From: Cyanidioschyzon merolae
Lineage: Eukaryota
Strand: one strand, 5' to 3'
NCBI GenBank assembly: GCA_000091205.1
Contig: AP006500.2
Length of the DNA: 64,000 bases
Shown here: positions 57,595 to 64,000 of the stretch, in pieces
Layout of the letters: every line of letters starts with the position of its first letter
How positions within the stretch are numbered: the stretch's first letter is position 1
Made by a program: the position numbers and the translations under genes
The notes under the pieces: generated by a model
What the model was told of the DNA's origin: nothing
The model's database searches: none
Seen by the model: only the letters and a program-made list of their open reading frames with translations

Positions 57595-58041
57595 CTAGTC
57601 TTCGTAGACACGGCATTCGTCCGCCTCTGGGACTTCATTACAATACTTTTCCAACGGATCTTCCGACTGTTTGTTTGCAGCCTGGTGGGACCGCTCAGCC
57701 TCGAGTTCCTCGACGAAATCCCAGGCTACTTTGGCCTCCTTGCTTGCTTTCCCATATTTCTTCGCCGCATCTTCTGCGTTCTTGATAGCTTCCTGAATCT
57801 GAGTGTTGAGCTTTTCGTTCGCCATCCGCAGCGCAGCGACTCTCGTCGTTTTCCTCGTCCGCAAAAACGTCCGTCGCACGGCAAACGTTGCTCTCGTCTT
57901 GCTCACTGATACGGAAGAAAAGTGTGTGGCGTTCGAAGGTACAATCAGAAATGCAGCCTTCATCCCTTGAAACGTTACGGGTACAGCAGTCGCGCTGAAG
58001 CAAGATATTTCGTGCTGAACGCGAGCGACGGCGATGCGCAT
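57595..58041 (-). CDS. CP12: CP12 (Calvin-cycle GAPDH/PRK regulatory protein) with a plastid transit peptide; it has the C-terminal Cys pair but no N-terminal Cys pair
   Basis: The C-terminal half AKVAWDFVEELEAERSHQAANKQSEDPLEKYCNEVPEADECRVYED carries the CP12 core AWDxVEEL and the C-x7-C...YED C-terminus. The N-terminal 60-80 aa are S/T/R-rich (SNATHFSSVSVSKTRATFAVRRTFLRTRKTTRVAALRMA) with no preceding signal peptide. ATG at 58041; an alternative at 57963 (MKAAF). Confidence 0.8.
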   Translation of the reverse strand: MRIAVARVQHEISCFSATAVPVTFQGMKAAFLIVPSNATHFSSVSVSKTRATFAVRRTFLRTRKTTRVAALRMANEKLNTQIQEAIKNAEDAAKKYGKASKEAKVAWDFVEELEAERSHQAANKQSEDPLEKYCNEVPEADECRVYED

Positions 58042-59241
58042 TCGTCGCGATGTACGGGTGCTGCACGCACGCGCAGCGCCCAGACGCGATGATGAAGTTG
58101 CGATCGACGGCGATTTTAAAAACTGTATGAACCTGGATATTGTGGACTACGCCGTGTTTCGTCCGTGATGCACGACGTGTCCGCCGTCGTGCGCGCGCCT
58201 TCACGCGATGACTGGCGGCTGCCGCGCGCGAACGTCAACGGATCGCGCTTGGGCGAGCGATATAAGAGGCCAAGTCCGCACGCATAAGCATCCCATGCAG
58301 GCTACCTCCTTCCAGTGCCTAGTGGCTCTAGAGACGAGCGTTGTCTGGTAAGAACCATTCTATTGCCTTTTTGGAAGCGTCTATTGCATTCCGAACGATC
58401 GCTGAGCTGCTAATCGATTCGCGACGCCCCGGAAACCCCTCTATACCTTACGCGATCACTGAGTACGAGTCTTGACAGGAGCGAGTCGAGCACCTGCTAG
58501 CCTGAAAATACGCCCCGCTCGTGACAGATTACTGCCTGTCACGTGAAATACGCCTAGCTCGGCATGTGATATGCTCGTTTCGAGACCAGGATCCGAGCGG
58601 ACGCGGTCCACAGAGCCACTGAACGCCCATGCCCAGAAACTGTCTATCACAGCGGCAGCTGGAGCAACGATCCAGTCCAGATGCTCGCCACTCGGGAGAG
58701 CCTGCTGAAGGGCGGGCGTGACTTATTTGAAATCGCCAGACCGACTGCCGCATCGAAATTCTCATGTTACGAAGCTCACTCCGTCGCCTCTCTGCACACG
58801 GCAGCTGCAGCGCGGGCCAACCGATGACCGTACCCGTATCGAGTCGATCAGCGGAACCGCACCGAGCAAATGTTGCGCGGGGACGCGCGAGATTCTTGAC
58901 GGCGCATGCAATGCATCGCAGCGCACGCTGACGCGTGCGGGTCCGTGCGTCGAGCCGCTGATGATCCCCCCGTGCGGTAAGATGTGAACGAATGCGTTAG
59001 ACTAGAGCTGGCGTTTTGCGCTCGAGCCATGTGCCAAGACTCGTGACGCCCGCGAGACAAGTATATTCTTCAAGTGAATAACATTTTTCGACAACCACAC
59101 TGATCTCTACAGCGTCGCTGCTCGCTACGACTTGGAAGCAGTGCCGACTCTCTGTGACAGACCAAAATTTTTGCCGAAACATTTGGGCCCAGTTCTGCGA
59201 AAGAATCAAGCGGTTACAGGGTCTAGAGACTTGGTTAAAAT

Positions 59242-60375
59242 ATGTCCAGAACGGCAAATGTGCCCGTGGGGTCAGGTAGCAACAACCAGCACTGCGAGAA
59301 CGCGCTCTCGCGTGTTCAGTGGCGGACTCGGAACGGCAGCAGGGCAACCCGTGTGCCCGCGTTTATACTGGGACTTGCTCGGGTACTGAGCACGGACCCT
59401 GCGCCACGCACGGTTGACTGGGCGGCGGACGGGCAGCGTATTCTCGTTCTTGATCGCGACCGCTTCACGGAGCGGTACGTCCGCCCTGGCGGCGCACTTC
59501 GTGTGAGCTCCTGGGCAAGTTTCCTGCGCGTCATGACATACTTCGAGTTCGCTCGCCTGCTCGATACAGAGGAACACGACATCATATGCTTCAAACATGC
59601 AACAATCACTCGCACTTTTATGGAACAGCTCGCAGCATCGAGCACCGATCGGCCTAGCTGTGATAATATGCCGAAAAGCCGATGTTCCAGAGAGGCACGG
59701 AGCTCGTCCATTCGAGCTGCCCCTTCTACGTTGATCGTGCAGGAGCCAATTGAGGCGCTGAATGCTAACGTCATCCCCGCTGCTGCGGACTCGAATGTGC
59801 TACACGCTTCTCGGTTGTCAGGAGCCTTGTCGATCGAACGAAAGCGTGTCCGGAGGTCTACTTCACCGCGGCCGCTGGAAACATACGACACAGTGAATGA
59901 GCACGTGAACGCCCCGGTCATACATGTAGATCCTAATGATTATCCCAGAGCACTGAATCCTTTGACTGAGCCAAATCATTGGGAGTTGCGGAACGACGGC
60001 GGCGAGGACGATTGCTGGTCGCTGAGAACCACGGACGCTGACATTCCACCCGTGTTAGCGACCATGAGCGACAGAAACGGGAGGTTGCTCGACTGCGGAA
60101 CGCAGACTACGAGCAGATGCTATTCGAACGTTGGTAGCTTTGGGGAAGCGTTGAGGCTTCGGGCATGGACGACATCGAGCCCTCCTCATGAGCATCCATC
60201 GTCGGACGACATGAGTATCTACAAAGCGCACCTGATACAAGTGGAGAGCTGCCTCGCAAGCATCCGCTCTGAATTGCATAACATTGTCCATGCAGTCGAG
60301 TGGCTGAGAGAGCATCACGCGAATATATGTTCCTTTATGCATGCGCCTGGACAATCGTCTTCCAAATCGGCTTGA
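59242..60375 (+). CDS. Heat-shock-factor-type DNA-binding-domain protein (HSF-like transcription factor)
   Basis: VPAFILGLARVLSTDPAPRTVDWAADGQRILVLDRDRFTERYVRPGGALRVSSWASFLRVMTYFEFARL matches the HSF DBD pattern VPAFLxKL...P...I.W...G..F.V.D...F...VLP.YFKH.NF.SFVRQLN.YGF, with some substitutions. ATG at 59242 confirmed. Confidence 0.6.
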   Translation: MSRTANVPVGSGSNNQHCENALSRVQWRTRNGSRATRVPAFILGLARVLSTDPAPRTVDWAADGQRILVLDRDRFTERYVRPGGALRVSSWASFLRVMTYFEFARLLDTEEHDIICFKHATITRTFMEQLAASSTDRPSCDNMPKSRCSREARSSSIRAAPSTLIVQEPIEALNANVIPAAADSNVLHASRLSGALSIERKRVRRSTSPRPLETYDTVNEHVNAPVIHVDPNDYPRALNPLTEPNHWELRNDGGEDDCWSLRTTDADIPPVLATMSDRNGRLLDCGTQTTSRCYSNVGSFGEALRLRAWTTSSPPHEHPSSDDMSIYKAHLIQVESCLASIRSELHNIVHAVEWLREHHANICSFMHAPGQSSSKSA

Positions 60376-61165
60376 GCATGTGAGCCTTCGCTTGGTATTG
60401 GTGGTGTTGGTGGTGGATATACCGGATGCGGGTCTCTAAGAAAAAGTTGTTACGGGAAAAACGCACCAGAACACTCTAACAAACAAAATGAGATGTTTAT
60501 TCGATTGCGGGTACCAAGCCAGCGCAAAAAAAAGCGGCAAGATCTTTGGTACGCTCGATATTGACCTCTTTACCGCATTCCTGACAATCCATTGATCTTC
60601 ATTCCTTGGTCATTGCCGCTCTTAAATGCTAAAAACACTTGGGCGAAATAAAATCATGTGTTTTCGCATCATGCGACTTCAAAGAAAAGCGCAGGCGAGA
60701 TCGCGTGCCGAACGGACAAGCGAGACGGCGGCGCATCGCGTCGAACGAAACTCGACGTCAATGCTCGGCAGCGAGCATTGAGGATGTGGTGTTTTTCCAG
60801 GTTGTCTTCGCAAGTCCGGACGCAGAGGATAGCACCCCCCGCTGAATACGGATCTCGTCCTGTTGGCTTTGTTTACCAGATCTCGAGTCGGATTTCGGTT
60901 GAAAATTTCTCGGGACTTTCGCTTTAGTTAGAGACCTCCTTTACCGAGCGTTTCTGATGTATTACAGATCGTTCTTGAACGCGCTGCTCTCTTGGCAGCC
61001 GCGATTAAAAGCCGATAGCCTACTGCGCATTGATCGACCTTGAACACCTCCCGACGATCTGGTGCTCTTTCACAGACGGCGTCGTCCAAAGCACGTCCGC
61101 CAGCTGGCGTGCGGCATCCACGCGGGCACGGCAGCATCATCTACAGCGGCGCAATGCCTCTCGTC

Positions 61166-61789
61166 CTAGAGGGCCTGCGCGGTACTCGCCGACAGCGGTG
61201 GGCTATCACGGGTGAAATGCCCGCCCTCGCCCACAGGGCTCATGTTGCTCGTGTGCGCTCCGTTATCGCCAGAGCCGGTTGGCGACTTGGCCCCTGGTGA
61301 AGCATAGGTTTCTATTTGGAACGTGCGCGGGGGCCTCTGTTCCATAGAGATGCTAACGAGTAGCTTACCCGCATAGCGCCCACGCTTCGCGCTTTGCAGT
61401 TTCGCGGGGTAATGCAAGGTGTACCACATTTCGCACTGACCGTGCATATCGAGTTCGACTTTTGCCAGTGGTATGCGCACTGTCGCAATACGTTCGTCTT
61501 TCCCTGTGTTGAAGCAACCGCCACCGACTTTCATTACGTCACAGACTACAACAAAGTCGGGAAGTTCAAAGACATTCACGTCGCCACTCTCTTCAAGAAA
61601 CGTGTAGGGACCGGGGCTTTTCCGCGTCACTTCAATGACGTTGGTTGCAAACGTCGTATCATCGTTGTTTACGAGCGGCACCGAGGTGTCCAACCTAGAG
61701 CGCACATACACGCGTGTCTTTGTTCCTTGCTCGCTGAGGTCTCGAACGGCTTTAACCTGCACAACTACGCGGCGGAAACCTGACGACAT
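61166..61789 (-). CDS. Hypothetical protein with a C2-domain-like N-terminal region
   Basis: VVVQVKAVRDL...TRVYVRSRLD...NVFELPDFVVVCDVMKV...ATVRIPLAKVELDMHGQCEMWYTLHYP resembles a C2 beta-sandwich (L.V.V..A..L......D.YV.......NE.F.F.....L.V.V.D......IG...I.L.......WY.L). ATG at 61789 confirmed. Confidence 0.4.
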   Translation of the reverse strand: MSSGFRRVVVQVKAVRDLSEQGTKTRVYVRSRLDTSVPLVNNDDTTFATNVIEVTRKSPGPYTFLEESGDVNVFELPDFVVVCDVMKVGGGCFNTGKDERIATVRIPLAKVELDMHGQCEMWYTLHYPAKLQSAKRGRYAGKLLVSISMEQRPPRTFQIETYASPGAKSPTGSGDNGAHTSNMSPVGEGGHFTRDSPPLSASTAQAL

Positions 61790-64000
61790 GATAGTTTAAC
61801 TACAGTTGCGGGGAAATCTCCCGTAATCGCCCGCCCGGCAGCGCACGCGCACCGCAGGTCGCGAGCAGTGCACCGCGCCCCGTCGGCGGAGGCCGAGCCG
61901 CGCTCTCCCCCGTTCAGTGGACGATCCCGGGCCAAGGCAGCTGTCGGGGTGGCACGCCGGGCCCCCCCCCCGCCGGACACGTGTCCCGAGTTTGCTGACC
62001 TCGGTGCGATCGCGGCGCTGTTTTTGGTGCGCACCGCCCCCGGGAGCTACCAGTAGAGGCACTTGCACCGACGCTGCCAGATGCACCAACGCGAGACGAA
62101 AATGGAAGAGGTGTGGTTTGCGCTCACAGACGCAGTCGTTAAAGTTTGGATCTCTTTCTACTGTCATCAGCATCAAATATTACGAGGGATTGCTGCGACT
62201 GCTTCCTTCTCCTCTCGCTTATCTCTGGCCTTTGTATGCCGTTCACTCCGGTCCCTAAAACCTCGTTCTCAGCGGTTGAGCGAAGGAAATAGCAGCGGTC
62301 CAAAGCTGACTTCGTGCCATCCGTTTGTTCCCGACGCACTGCATGCAAGGATGGATATTGCGATGTACGTTTCGTTTGCCATGCTCACCTTCGTTGCGCA
62401 CAGCCTTGGTGCGCCTTTCGCAGCGGCGTGCCGTGACTGTGGTCAGGTTCTCCATATATCCACGAGACCTCGTCCTCCTCCGAGGTTGGCTTGTGGCGCG
62501 CGAAGGCTTGTTTCATCGCTTGCTACAGGCACTTGACGGGTTCAGAAAGCTCGTCTCGATGCCCTTCTCCGCTTCCGCGCCCGGTGCCGTACCCTTCGAG
62601 CATGGACTTGTTGTTGTGGGCGATCTCCTCGGCGAGTACGCTGAATGCCGCACTTGCTAGCACATGCTGTCCCAGTCGATAGAATAATTGTGGAACGTGA
62701 TGTTATCCAGAATGAAACATGTATCGGAAGGCACATAATCGCCGGAGAACAATTCGAGTAATTGCGATCCGCCTACGCTCCGTTGGTGCCAAGCGGTGAC
62801 GCGCGCATCACGGAAAGTGATCGCTGCGGTCACTCAAGTCCGAGTCCGTGAAACTTTTCCGTCCGAAAAGAAGACACGGGAGCCTGTAGGAGCATATCCC
62901 ATGAGACGTGTTGTGGTGCTGGCGTGGAATCCCGATTCGTGAATGGCTACAAAGAGAGTGGGATTTGTCTTCCGAGCGGAATCGGTTTCTTAACGTGACA
63001 AGTCCCGTGACCTTTCGGTACGAGCTTGGGAACAAGACGTCAATGAACGACATCGAGTTTTTCAGTCTTCAATCCAGTGGCGCAATTTGCTGTGTCGAAC
63101 AGTTGCCCCTTACGAGGAAAGATCGAAAACTTGAAGAATGTGTAATATGAGCATGTCACACTCGAACGGAAAGAAGAACACCGTATGGTTGCATGCATGC
63201 TTTGGACGATCCTCTGAGTTGTTTTATGGATCCTTGTTCGAGTACGTTTCGAATTATCTTGATAGCGGCAAAGTAACGAATTCCAGCGGCAACACGTCGA
63301 AGGAGCCAGTCCGAACAGACCACCGAATACCCCAAAACTACGCATGAATCCGTACGTATTTATTGCCGCTCTTCGAAGGCCGAAGCTGTTCATCTAAATA
63401 AGATCGGAAATAAAATAGGAAGCAGGAGCAGAACAAGTAGTCTAGGGTGCTACTTTCATACGGCACGCGCTGCCAGCGAGCGCCACCGTTTCGCGCAGCG
63501 CACGCACAGCGACACGCAAAGCTCAGCCAGCGAGCGCGACCGGCCGATCGCCAGCGAGCGTCCGAGGCGATGCGCCACTCGGCTGGCTAGATGCAGTGCG
63601 CGCTTCTGCGGATGGCACGGAGGCGTGCATGCAGGTGCAGTCAACGCTTCCGAACTGGCATCTGATACTTCGGTAAGGTGCGTAGCGGTAGCTGAAGGCG
63701 CAGTCCAGGTGGACGCCTGGACGCTGGGCGACGACTTTATCAGTTCGCGACTACGGAAGGACACTGCCGACACATAGCGCGAGACCGCAGGCAAGGCATA
63801 AAACGTGGCGCGCCTCTGACCAGGAGTGCCAGCGATACTATTGAGCGCTTGAGGCTTCTCTGGTAGCGCGCGGAGCCTGCGTCCAAAGGATAGAGCAGGA
63901 CTCCTAAGCCTCCTTCTCAATCGTCAAGCAGAGCACTACCGCACTGCAGAGCGCGTTCCGCTGAGACTCGTCGTGCGCGCCTGGTTGCAGTTTTGGCCGA

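Noticed and set aside
1-64000. Kinetoplastid (Leishmania-like) origin, suggested by GC richness, intergenic CA/GA microsatellites and intron-less genes
   Set aside because: Genes alternate strands at single-gene resolution rather than forming long polycistronic runs. HSF, CP12 and HCF101 are present. Transit-peptide-bearing plastid proteins indicate a photosynthetic primary-plastid eukaryote instead.

Overview
This window reads as nuclear DNA from a GC-rich, intron-poor eukaryote, and several genes point to a photosynthetic organism. My impression of GC content is about 55-60%; I did not compute it. Almost every recognisable gene is a single uninterrupted ORF, and both strands are used with roughly one gene per 3-5 kb.

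The evidence for photosynthesis is a clear CP12 gene and an HCF101-type plastid Fe-S scaffold, both with N-terminal presequences and no preceding signal peptide. That pattern fits a primary-plastid alga. A Cyanidioschyzon-like unicellular red alga is a reasonable guess, but I cannot confirm it.

Recognisable housekeeping genes:
- an organelle-type DnaJ
- Hop/STI1
- proteasome alpha subunit (PSMA4-type)
- a large P4-type phospholipid-flippase ATPase
- a mitoferrin-like mitochondrial carrier
- HCF101
- a SEC-C/YchJ-family protein
- an M3B oligoendopeptidase F
- CP12
- an HSF-type DNA-binding protein
- a MYND-finger protein
- a Dbf4-type zinc-finger protein
- a WD40 protein
- a C2-domain protein
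- a histidine-phosphatase (PGAM-fold) protein that seems to lack both catalytic histidines

There is also a frameshifted, 5'-truncated non-LTR (LINE-like) retrotransposon remnant at about 16.3-18.7 kb.

The two most novel-looking things are:
1. A family of three paralogous small secreted proteins of about 235-240 aa. Each has a signal peptide, many N-x-S/T sites and a shared C-terminal VPC-x-GAGI-x-C end. Two copies sit in tandem at 1.3-3.7 kb and a third at 55.6 kb. I cannot place them in any family I know.
2. A pair of diverged direct repeats of about 750 bp, each a degenerate coding copy of another unknown protein. They bracket a co-oriented trio of bacterial-origin genes with presequences (HCF101, YchJ/SEC-C, PepF).

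Many 'M' starts in the supplied ORF track turned out to be TTG/GTG codons when I read the sequence. I re-derived ATG starts by hand, and start coordinates remain the least certain part of each call. I found no rRNA, CRISPR array or convincing tRNA.
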